NCBI GenBank assembly: GCA_964035575.1
Contig: OZ037836.1
Span: forward strand, 186,001-250,000
Reading direction: 5' to 3'
Origin: Rhynchopus sp. YZ270_cl-10
Taxonomy: Eukaryota
Length of the DNA: 64,000 bases
The position numbers and the translations under genes were made by a program. Below the pieces are notes generated by a model that made no database searches, was not told where the DNA came from, and was given only the letters and a program-made list of their open reading frames with translations. Position 1 is the stretch's first letter, and each line of letters begins with the position of its first letter. This document shows positions 45,201-56,393 of this stretch, piece by piece.

Positions 45201-48200
45201 CGGGTCACTCCACGTCAGGTACGTGAAAGTCAAGGTCGTGGGAAGCACAGTCCCCTCCAGAAGGTTCGTCGACGTGATGCCCAGGACAACGTCAGCAGTA
45301 GGCTCAGACTTGAGTGCAACTGTGTACTCGACGGTCTGCCCGTCCTCAGAGGTACGCGTGATGGAGGGGGCGTTCCCTGTGGCCTGCCCGGAGATGAAGA
45401 TGTCGGCTGTGTCATCATCGTAGTTGACTGCCTTCACGTCTGCAAGCGTCAGCACGGAGTACTTCAGGTCAGTCGAGTGCACAGGCCCGAGGGTTACTGT
45501 GTAAGGCATGTTTCCATCCTGCACAAAGTCGTTCTCTCCGGTGACCCGCACCCACTGCGTGATGTTCCAGTCCAATGGAGTGAAGATGACGGATCCAGGC
45601 GAGACGCGTCCCTCCGTGATGTCCGCCGTCGTCGCCCAGACGGTGACCTGCGCTGTGGGCTGTGTGTCCAATACAAGCGCGAAGGAGTTGGTCGTCTCCG
45701 ACTCCTTCGTGATGAGCTCGCCTGCAGCAGTGACCACTGTGTGTGTTGCGTTGTTGACAGGGAGGGTCACGGTGATGCCCGCCGTGTCGTCATCTGTGTT
45801 GATCACCTCAAACCCGAGGTGGAGCATCCCGTTATACGTCACATCTGCAGAGGTCACAGGCCCGATCGTCACATTGTATGTAATGTCGCCGTCGTCAATC
45901 CAGTCGTCCACACCCTTCACAGTCACAGTTGTAGGCACGTTCCACGTGAGTTCTGTGAACTTCAGGACCAGCTGCGAGGTAGGGACTGTGATGTCGCCCC
46001 CCGTGAGCTCCCCCTCCGTTCTGTCGCTGTTCAGTTTGACGTACACATCGCTCACTGGCTTGGACGCAAGTGAGATCTCAACTGTCTGCGAGCTGCCCAC
46101 CTCGGAGGTGACAACACCCTTGGTAGGGGACACAACAATGCCAGCCGTGTCTTCGTCGATGTTGGTCGCAGAGACGGTGACGGCTGACACAGGGAAACCC
46201 AGAAGGTAGTTAGTGTCCGTAGTGGGGTTCGACCCAGTGATGACCAGTGTGATGATCACGTCGTACGCGATGTCGCCGTCGTCGATGGAGTCGGGCAGCC
46301 CGCCCACCTCAACAGTCATACGCTGGTCCCAGTTGGTGGAGTCGAATGTGAGAAGCCAGCCCTGCTGGATGCCTGCCTCCGTCGTGTCAGACACAGTCAC
46401 CTCAAACACAACAACCGTTCCGATGATAGGGATCGACGTCAGCGACACGTCAAACTTGTCGTTACCACACGATGCACCGCAGTTGGGCCAGGTACCACGC
46501 TTCTCCATTGTGATGAGACTCGAGTTCGGCTGGATCAACACTCCAGGGATGTCGTCGTCCTGGTTCGTTACGGACACAACACGGTTGTTGCCGTTGTAGT
46601 TGGTGTCTAGCGACACCGAGGTGTCGAGGTCCACATTGTACGCGATGTCGCCGTCTCTCTCCGTGTCGTCCACACCTGTCACAGTGATGCGCTGCGGCAC
46701 GTTCCACGTGATCGCCGTGAACACCAGCTGCGTGACACCCAACGGCAGCGTCCCTTCTGTCAGGTCTGAGGACGCAATCGGGATGGTCACATCCGCAGTG
46801 GGCTGTGACGTCAGCACCACAGTGAACTGGTCCGACTTCTGGTTCCGCTCCGTTGTGATGAGCCCTGAAACAGGATCGACCAGGATGTCCGCCACGTCGT
46901 CATCGATGTTGAGCACCGTCACCGCCCTTCCGACCATGCCCGTGTACTTCGTATCGGTAGTGACTGCGGCTTGGGGGCTGATGCTGTAGGTCTGGTTCCC
47001 GTCGGCAATAAACTCATCCGCACCAGTGACAACGATGGTCATTGGAACGTTCCAGTTGGAAGGTGTGAAGATAACGGTTCTCGGCGAGACTACCCCTTCA
47101 ACGGAGTCTGAGGAGGTCAGGTCGATCGAGACAGAGTCTGTAGGCTTCGAGGCCAGGTGGATAGTGAAGTTGTCGAACCCGCCCGCCTCGGTCGTGATAA
47201 GCCCCGAGGTGGGGGTGACGATGATGTCTGCGGTGTCGTCGTCGGCGTTGACAACAGCAACGTCCTCCGCACTGAGGCCGTAGTACACTTGGTCCGACGA
47301 GACCACCACACATGTCACGTTGAAGGCAATGTCACCGTCATCCTCCTCATCATCCAGCCCCGTCACAGTGATCGTCTGCAGGGTGTTCCACGTTCCCAGA
47401 AGGCCACCCGTAAACTCAAGACGGTTAGCACCAGACGCGCTCGTGCTTCCTTCGGTGGTGTCTCTGGAAAGCGCTTCAATGTACACAACGTCTGTCGGCT
47501 CAGATCCAAGCTTCACAGTGAACGTCTGGGTGGCGCCCGTTTCGTCCACCAAAAGACCGGAGGTCGGGCTGACAACGATAGACGCAGTGTCGTCGTCGGT
47601 GTTGGTGAAGATGACGTCGTCAGGGTTGAGTCCTGTGTAGCTGGGGTCGAGGGAGGAGAAGGCGGTGGTGATAACTGTGTACTGCACGTCGCCGTCGTCG
47701 ATGAGGTCGTCTACACCCGTCACGGTCACTGTGGCGGGGGTGCTCCACGAGCTGACTGAGAACACTATGCTGTTTGGTGTGAGCGTGCCCTCAGTCAGGT
47801 CGGACGACGTCAGCGTCGTGACCACAGTCGTCGTAGGCTGTGACGTCAGGACAAGCGTGAAAGCCCCTGTTGTGCCACTCTCTGTCGTGATCAGGTTGAT
47901 CGGCGTAATGACAAACCCACGCGTGTCATCGTCCACGCAACGAGCCGAAACATCCGATGGGTTAAGCGTGTTGTACGTCATGTCTTGCGACTGCGCAGGT
48001 CCCGTCACAATCGTGAACGTCACGTCCCCATCGTCGATGTCGTCGTTCTGTCCCGTAACAGTCACAGTCTGCGGCACGTTCCATTGAACCGTCGTGAACA
48101 CCAAGGTGAGGGTTGTCCCCACGGGCACCCCTCCCGCAAGGTTCAGAAGCCCCTCCGTCACGTCAGATGTGGTCACAGTCACCGACACGTCGGCTGTCGG

Positions 48201-49516
48201 CTGGGACTGCAGGTAGACTGTGAAGTACGTGGTGGCAGCAGAGTCCTCGCGCACCTCAAGCTCCGTGAGGCCTGTGGGGAGCTCGACGACAATCGCCTTC
48301 TCGTCATCGTCAGCATTCACAACAAGCATCGGCACGGTCTGCACGGCGGCAAACTGTGCATCGAGAGAGGTGGTTGTGAAGGTAAGTGTGTAGTCCTGGT
48401 CGCCGTCGTCAAGCGAGTCGTCCACACCCCTTACCTCCACAGTCTGCCGAACATGCCAGAGCAGCGGGGTGAAGATGAGCTGTGCAGGGTTCGGGAAACC
48501 CTCTGTTGTCGCCGAGGACGCGATCGCGATGGTGACGTCTGATGTCGGCTCACCCACCAGCACAACTGTGAAGGACGCAGTACCACCTGCCTCGGTGGTA
48601 CGAATCTTGGTAGTCGCAGGGTCGGGCGTGATGGTGATCCCCACACAGCACGTCTGGTCATCGCAGGACGACACATCGAACGTTGTGCACTGCACGGTCG
48701 AAGGGGCAAGACGAGAACGCAAACTCGACGGGCAGGCGTGGAAACCGCACGATGCCCAGCAAGTGTGCGTCCAGGCTTGGAGGTCTGCATCAAAGCTCAC
48801 AGCTGGCACAGCAATGTACCCGGGGTTGCAGTCGCAAGTACCTGCCAGCATGTCGGAGTTGGCCACCGTGCAGGTGACGGGGTTGCACACTGCGCCAGAC
48901 ACGTCATACTGCGTCACACTGCAGGGTGAACCCTGTCGAGGGCACGAGACGGTGTCCTTCCGCGCACACCGGCACACAGGTGTCGCCGGTCTTCGCCGTC
49001 ACTGCAGAGCACAGGTTGTACCCGGTGGAGAGAGCGTTTGCGTCTGCGTTCGCGGGCCCCCCAGTACACTGGTTTGCCGTGCAGCATTTGAGAGTGTTTG
49101 CCGCGCTGTTAATGTCGCAAAGCGTGGATCCTGCAGTGCACGTTGCACACGCCCCGTCGCAGCAGGCACAGAGGACAGACGCAGGCAACCCGATCGTCAC
49201 ATATCCGGAAGGGCACACGTATGTCCCGCAGTCTGTGTTTTTATTTGGAACATGGTGGTCATGGGGTTTGAAAAAGATGTGTAAACTCATTCTTACCTCA
49301 GCTTAGCCACTTTAGAAAGGCTTCGGCCGGTAATACCCTCCAGGTCGCACAGACATGCGAAGACTCTGACGATGGGTAACACCAATCATATACACAAAGT
49401 CATCCAGTGGATTATCGTGAATGGAAAAGGACAACTGGGGGAGTGAGCAGCATACCACCTGCAGAGTGAACCCCAAGCACGACAGCATAGAGGGCAAGCG
49501 CCCGCATCGGCATCAT
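39226..49516 (-). CDS. Surface gene B: giant adhesin-like protein (signal peptide, Cys-rich head, 16 Calx-beta-like repeats, FN2 domain, EGF-like repeats, stalk, TM); exons 49516-49456, 49232-41504, 41098-40952, 40772-39226; one frameshift near 48910
   Basis: Exon 1 MMPMRALALYAVVLGVHSAG plus a GTATGC..ACACAG intron (223 nt) joins in frame to DCGTYVCP. A 2522-aa ORF carries ~118-aa acidic repeats (FTV.L...PT..V...SSD.TEG...FT...W...QT.TV.GVDD..DDGD). The same two 3' introns as gene A are present (405 and 179 nt). Confidence 0.8.
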
Positions 49517-49830
49517 CGTCGCTGGGACCCCACTAGGCCCGCCTCTGTCTCTTCACGCTTTACGCCTTTTCTTTTATAAAGGGGGTAGGGGGAGATGTGT
49601 ATCGCTCTCTCAGTATTTCCCTCCCCCTCCTGTTTGGTTTCTTGTGTGGTTTTGATAACATACTAATAGGGGGGTGATCCTTGCATAGAATATGGCCCCA
49701 ATTTTGGTCGTGTGTGGGGGGTATGAAAATTTTAAAAAATCAAAAAAACGGAATCTTTTGTTCATATATTTCCGATGAATCGTCAGGTCTCAGAACCTTT
49801 CCCTTATGTGAGATGTCTAAGAAGGTGCCA

Positions 49831-49871
49831 GACGTGCACACCACAGCCACGTCCGACTCCAGGCTAACCAT
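49831..49871 (-). pseudogene. Collapsed relic of a gene A-type copy: start codon fused to a 34-bp internal fragment
   Basis: The 5' module and ATG GT are followed by GACGTGCACACCACAGCCACGTCCGACTCCAGGC (+ strand), identical to 34927-34960 (LESDVAVVCTS), then unrelated sequence. Confidence 0.7.
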
Positions 49872-51777
49872 GTTCGTCCACACGACAGCTCCTCTCTGTG
49901 TCCACACGTAAGGCCAAGACACCCACCCGGCTTGACGCTCGCTTCCTTTGTCTCTTTCTCGTTCACTCTGGTGATATGGTGTGATCTGTACGTGGAGGTG
50001 AGGTGGAGGTGGTGTGGGATCTCTTTTGACGTCCTGAGAAATAAAGAGCTGAAAGCGCAAATGCCTTACCGCTGAAGAAAGGGGAAGGGGACGGCAAGTC
50101 TGCAGGAGGAGGGACAATAGGTTAAAGATGGAACTAAGACGCTGACCAAAGCTACGATGTTTGTATTTTGTTCTCTTTTACGCAGGGTTGGGGGAAATGA
50201 TGATGGATGACAAACACGAAGACCAGAACTGAAAAAGAAAACAAACAACACAAGAGACCAGAGAGCTGCTCTCTCGATGACACGCTGTGGGAGCAGAGTG
50301 GGAGAGAACAGGTTGGTTTACGGACCCTGCGACTGCAGTTGCGTGCACACGGGTGCACGCACACAACACACACCTGTATCGTGCATTTGTACAAATGAAC
50401 GACAAAAGCTCTCTGCACAATCTAAACATACACACGTTTCTTCTGAAAGGAAGGATTCGCGGGAACAAGATATTTGATTAACATCCTGTTGTTTGGGAAA
50501 TATTTGGTCCGATTTAAGCACCAAAACTATGTCAAATATTTGCGTATACATGCGTGTTCATTCTAAAAAAGGGGAGGAAATACTACGGGTGTCAATAACT
50601 ATCTTCACCCACACAGGAAAAAATGGGAAACAAAATAGGGGGAGAGTTTCTTAGTTGTACGCTTCACCGAATCCACAGGTCCGGGGAATGGGGTTTGAAC
50701 GTTCCCTCACCCAGTTTACATTATGTTCAAAAATATGCTGCTCACGTCACACAACATGTAGCTCGAGAAACGGGCACAGTGGTTGTGGGAGAGAAGTTAC
50801 CATCAGCAGAAGATTGGCTGAAACAATGGTTTTCTCCTTTAACTTCTATATTGCGTCTCTTGAAAACATGGCGAAGGTGAACTCTGTTATGTTTTGCCGT
50901 ACCGCCTGCCTTGGCACCTCAGGTGCTGTGCACACAGTGTCACCCGAAGCCATTGCACTGCGAATAGACAAATATGGAAAGAATCACTTTACACCATGGA
51001 CTGCAGTACTGGCCTCGGGTCTCGAAGCCTGTTGCATACTATTCTTATGGATGCGTTCTTTCGCTGTTGTTCAGCATCAGTCCCCTTGCCACCGTCCCTG
51101 CTTTTGGCCAAGGTGTGCTGTTTGCTCCGGATGCATTGACTCCCACTTCGCGAGACACACACGCACGAAGCGTCTCCGTACACACGACACCCGCCCATGT
51201 CACTACCTTTGTGCAGTAGCAGAACACAGGCAGGTGGGTGGTAGGGGGTCCACACGACGCAGGTTCAGGGCACAAAGGCCCTGCGCAATTGGAACGTGCT
51301 GACCTGGCCAGAAGAGGGAACGGTGGCTTTGGGATGGGGAAATATGCTGTGCTAGTTTCTCAAAAAAGGGGTGGGGGGGAACCCAGGGGGGGATGGGGAA
51401 ATAAAAGAAGTTGCAGTAAGACAATAAAGCCTTATGTGTCAGGTCGTCGTGCTGTGTGCTATAAAACGAAACCAAGGCATTAATGTCTGTGTTCTGCAGA
51501 AAGGGGTTGGATGGAAAAGGTGTTCTGTGCTTTACAAAAGGGGGAACAAAAAGAAAGGTTGGCAAGATGACACAGCTTCTACGGTGCTGAGTCACCTTGA
51601 ATAAAACAAACAAACAAAAGAATGTTTTATTCTCGAAATGTTGAACACATGATGTATTCTGATTCTGAAAAAAAGCGCAAAATCGGTGTCGTTTGTTTCA
51701 TTGTATTTTAAGAATACATTTGAAACGTGTTGCCACGGGTTCTTTCAACGTTTCGCAGTTTTCCTTCGCCCATGTGC

Positions 51778-54700
51778 TCAGGACATAGTATCGTCTTCGA
51801 CAACAAGCTCCTCAACGTCGTCCATGTCCTTCATCGCTTCTGCGTCAAGCATGTTAGCTTCCATAGTATACACGTCCTCGCCCTGTTTAGCCTTGGCACG
51901 TCCCTTGGACACCCACAGCCACGCTCCGCCAACACCCGCAAGCAGCACCAGTGCAGAGCCCACTATGACAGGGATCAGCCACACCAGCGAGCTGCTGCTG
52001 CCCGAGTCCGAAGAAGACGCGTCTGCCTCCCCAGCACCGCCATTGTTTGCAGGCACGTATGTTACGCCGTCAGGAAGCTGTGTCTCAGGTACGTGTGTTA
52101 CGCCGTCAGGAAGCTGTGTCTCAGGTACGTGTGTTACGCCGTCAGGAAGCTGTGTCTCAGGTACGTGTGTTACGCCGTCAGGAAGCTGTGTCTCAGGGGC
52201 GAATGTTGTACCAACAGGAAGTTGTGTTTCAGGTAAGTCCGTTGTGTTTTCAGGAAGTTGTATCTCAGGTACGTCCGTTTTGTCGACAGGAATCTGTGTC
52301 TCAGGTACGTCTGTCGTGTTTTCAGAAATTTGTGTCTCAGGAACGTCTGTTGTGTTTTCAGGAAGCTGTGTCTCAGGTGCGTCTGTTGTACCAACAGGGA
52401 GTTGTGTCTCAGGTGCATCTGTCGTGTTGTCAGGAAGTTGTGTCTCAGGTACGTCTGTTGTGAAGACAGGAAGCTGTGTCTCAGGCACGTCTGTCGTGTA
52501 GTGACTGCCACACTGCGCAGGTCCCATGATCCCGTTCACACCCGTCTCAGGAGCCACGCAGAGGCACACCCAGGTGTTGTCCTGTACCACGTCCGTGTCA
52601 ATGCACGTCTGCCCCACATCCGTGCACACAGCTGCAATCTCCGGCTTCGCACACTCCCCAACAAAGACACACTGCGCCGGCTTCATGACAGCACTTCCAA
52701 CTGCCTGGATCGCGCATCTGCACATCCAGTCGTCTGTCGACTCTGTTGTTGTGTCAGGGTCGAAGCACGTCTGCCCGTGGTCGTGGCACAGCTGCATGTG
52801 TGCGTACGTCAGACACTCGTTGATCTTGCACACTGCTGCATGGCCAATGGCCGACCCCAGGGCTGGGGACACGCAGTGGCACTCCCAGTCGTTCAGGCTT
52901 GTGTCGCCTGGGTGCAGGTCCACGCACTCCTGTCCCTTGTCTCTGCACGTCTGCAGGTTCTGTGTGTCGAGACACTCGTCCTGCACACACACTGCACGCT
53001 CCTGCAGGCCAGAACCAAGGGCAGGGGAAATGCAGTCGCACCGCCAGTCCCCAAGATCCATTCCTGACGGGTCGACACACTGCTGTCCTTCGCAGGCGTA
53101 GCCGTGGCCGTCTGCCTTCCTTGCGCACGTCGGGCACGTCGCCAGGCACTCGTCAATCACACAGACAGCAGGCCCCGTAATGCCAGGTGTCTCCTGCACG
53201 TAGGGGTCTGTGCAGTGGCACACCCAGTCGCCCGCCAGCTCAGGGTCCTCGTCAACGCAGTACTGTCCAGCGTCCAGGCAGGTCTGCTTGTTGGCCTCAA
53301 TCTCGCACTCGTCGTGGCCGCCGAACACTGTTGTGGATGTGTTTGAAAAAAAGTTTCTTGGGAAACTCCAATGTGCGGAACATTGCCAAATATTTGCACA
53401 TATAAAATGACCAAGTGAAAGTCATGACAGTGAAGTTCGTTGTGTGTGGATGTAAACAGGGACACAGACGAAGAAAGTGGAGGGAACGTAAGAAAGTACA
53501 TGGGCTTTGCACATACCACACGTTGCAGCAGCCATGACCTTCGACCCGCTTCCTGACAGACACTGGCACTCCCAGTCGTCCTTCGAACCTGGATCGGTGT
53601 TCCTGTCCACGCACTTCTGCCCAACCGACGAGCAAACGGCGATCTGCTGGCACTCGTCAAGGGCTGTGTGTTGGTGCAAAGGTTGTGGGTGTGTTGTTCG
53701 TGTGCTTGAACGCTGGTGTGCGGTAGGAGCAGGTGAGGAGACACATGTCCGCAAAATGAAATATTCAAAAAAACAGAAACAAAACAAGACAACATACTGC
53801 ACTTTGCCGGGCCAAGGACATGGTAGTCTGAAGACGTAGTGCAGTGGCACTCCCAGTCACCCTGCGCAAATGGGGAGTGGTTCGGGTCAGAGCAACGCTG
53901 GCCAGCGGCAGCACACACGTCGACAAACTCGCTCACAGGTGCGCCTGCAGGGGCAGGTGCACGCTCGTTCGCACACGTCTTCTGCTTGCTGATGAGGGCA
54001 GTGCAGACAGCACTCTGCTTGTTGAAGGCACTGTCGGCAACAAGGCACCAGTCCCCCTCCTTTGCCCTGTCCGGGTTGCAGCAGCCTGTGTTGCAGGGCT
54101 CGGACAGGCCGGCACCGCTGCCGTCGATGCCAGTGACCATCCAGCCGCACGCACACTCGCAGCCGTCGTTCGTGTAGCGCTTGAAGTTGTCGCACTTGCG
54201 TGCACCTGTCATGGTGACATCAAGGCACTCATCCACAAGGCAGCTGTTGACAGCACGCGCAACGGTCGCTGTTGTCGACGGGGCCTGGCACATGCACACC
54301 CAGTCACCCAGGCTCTGCACAGACAGGTTCGGGTCCTCGCACCTCTGGCCCGCACCCACACAGACGTTCATGGCCGATGCGCTCGTGCGCGCACATGTTG
54401 CGCAGATGTCCTCACACTCGTCGATCACGCACTGTGCAGGGGCACGCTCCCCCGCAGTCCCATGGTACGGTGGCATGCACGCACATGTGAAGTCGTCTGA
54501 CGAGTCACCTGAGATGCAGCGCTGGCCCGCATCCGCACACACATTCAAGTTCGCAGCAACCTTGCACGCTCCTATGTACGCGCACGACGCAGGTCCGGCA
54601 TACCCGACCCCCACCGCAGGTGCCGGGCAGTTGCACGTCCAGTCGCCCAGACTCGCCGGGGCCGTGTTATGGTCAATGCACAACTGTCCCGCCACCGTGC

Positions 54701-55211
54701 AGTTCCCGCCGTACACGTTGCACTCGTCCAGCAGACAAGACGCAGGTCCAACCACAGCCTTCCCAGACGCAGGCGCAATGCACTGGCACACCCAGTCTCC
54801 GCTTTTCTCGACACGCATGTCCGGGTCGACGCACTCCTGGCCCCTCCCCTCACACGTCACTCCGTTTAGCAAGCACTCGTCAATCATGCACACCGCCGCG
54901 TGCAGAGCAGCTTCGCCCTTCCCGACCTCGCACACACACGACCAGTCGGAAAGGCTGTCCGGTGACTTGTTGTGGTCCACGCACTTCTGCCCGGCCTGCG
55001 TGCATGTGTGCACCGACCCCTTCTGTGCACACGTCCAGCACTCCGTCGTGCACTCGTCCACTACACCTGCCGTCCCACAGGCGCTGTTTGCCCAGACACA
55101 CGTCGAGTCAGCACCGCACAGTGACTCTGTCATGTAGTCTGTACACACAGCGTGGACTGCCACTGCTGCAGACAGCAGCACAACCTCGCGCATGTACATC
55201 GACCTCACCAT
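51778..55211 (-). CDS. Surface gene C: EGF-like repeat type I membrane protein; exons 55211-53798, 53663-53517, 53327-51778 (~1036 aa)
   Basis: Signal peptide MVRSMYMREVVLLSAAVAVHA. Introns of 134 and 189 nt sit at the same positions as in gene A; the spliced length is a multiple of 3. Confidence 0.88.
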
Positions 55212-56393
55212 GTTCGTCCACACGACAGCTCCTCTCTGTGTCCACACGTAAGGCCAAGACACCCACCCGGCTTGACGCTCGCTTCCTTTGTCTCTTTCTC
55301 GTTCACTCTGGTGATATGGTGTGATCTGTACGTGGAGGTGAGGTGGAGGTGGTGTGGGATCTCTTTTGACGTCCTGAGAAATAAAGAGTTGAAAGCGCAA
55401 ATGCCTTACCGCTGAAGAAAGGGGAAGGGGACGGCAAGTCTGCAGGAGGAGGGACAATAGGTTAAAGATGGAACTAAGACGCTGACCAAAGCTACGATGT
55501 TTGTATTCTGTTCTCTTTTACGCAGGGTTGGGGGAAATGCTGATGAATGACAAACACGAAGACCAGAACTGAAATCTTAACGTACACTTTCTGTTGATTC
55601 TAAAACGGGGGAGGGTAAAAAAGGCGTGAAAGGTAAATTGGGGAAGAGGTTGAAAAGTTGGAACGCTTCCTCACCCCAGATCACACGCGTGTCACCGAGA
55701 GAGCTGCTCTCTCGGTGACACGCTGTGGGAGCAGAGTGGGAGAGAACAGGTTGGTGGTGTGACGAGGTGTGGCACAGTTTACGGACACTGCGACTGCAGT
55801 GCTTCGTGGTCGCGAAGGGTGTACATCCTTGACAGGGCACACACACAGACTCACACTCACACGGGTGCACGCACACAACACACACCTGTATCGTGCATTT
55901 GTACAAATGAACGACAAAAGCACTCTGCACAATCTGAACACACACACGTTTCTTCTGAAAGGAAGGATTCCTGGGAACAGATATTTGATTAACATCCTGT
56001 TGTTTGGGAAACATTTGGTCCGATTTAAGCACCAAAACTATGTCAAATATTTACGTTTTCACACGTGTTCATTCTAAAAAAGGAGAGGTAAAAAATTGTG
56101 AAACGCAAAATAGGCGACTGTCCATAGGCCCTTTGGGAATGGGGATTGAACGTTTCTTCACCAGTTTACAATAATATGACTGTAAACTTACTCTAGGTGC
56201 ACCATAACAATAGTCCAGCTGCTTGACTTTCTCCCAAAAAGTCCAACACTATTACGGTCCATATTAGTATTATGTACGAGGAAACACTTCAAAACCAAGC
56301 TAGGCATGGTTTAATTGACCCCCCCAGTGGGCCCCCCCCACCCCAAGTTGTGCCCCCGCCAACCCCCCCAACCCCGCCAATTTCCCGAGAAAA

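Noticed and set aside
48842..48909. GTATG-initiated mini-intron rescuing the gene B frameshift
   Set aside because: The candidate introns of 20 and 68 nt do not restore the reading frame.
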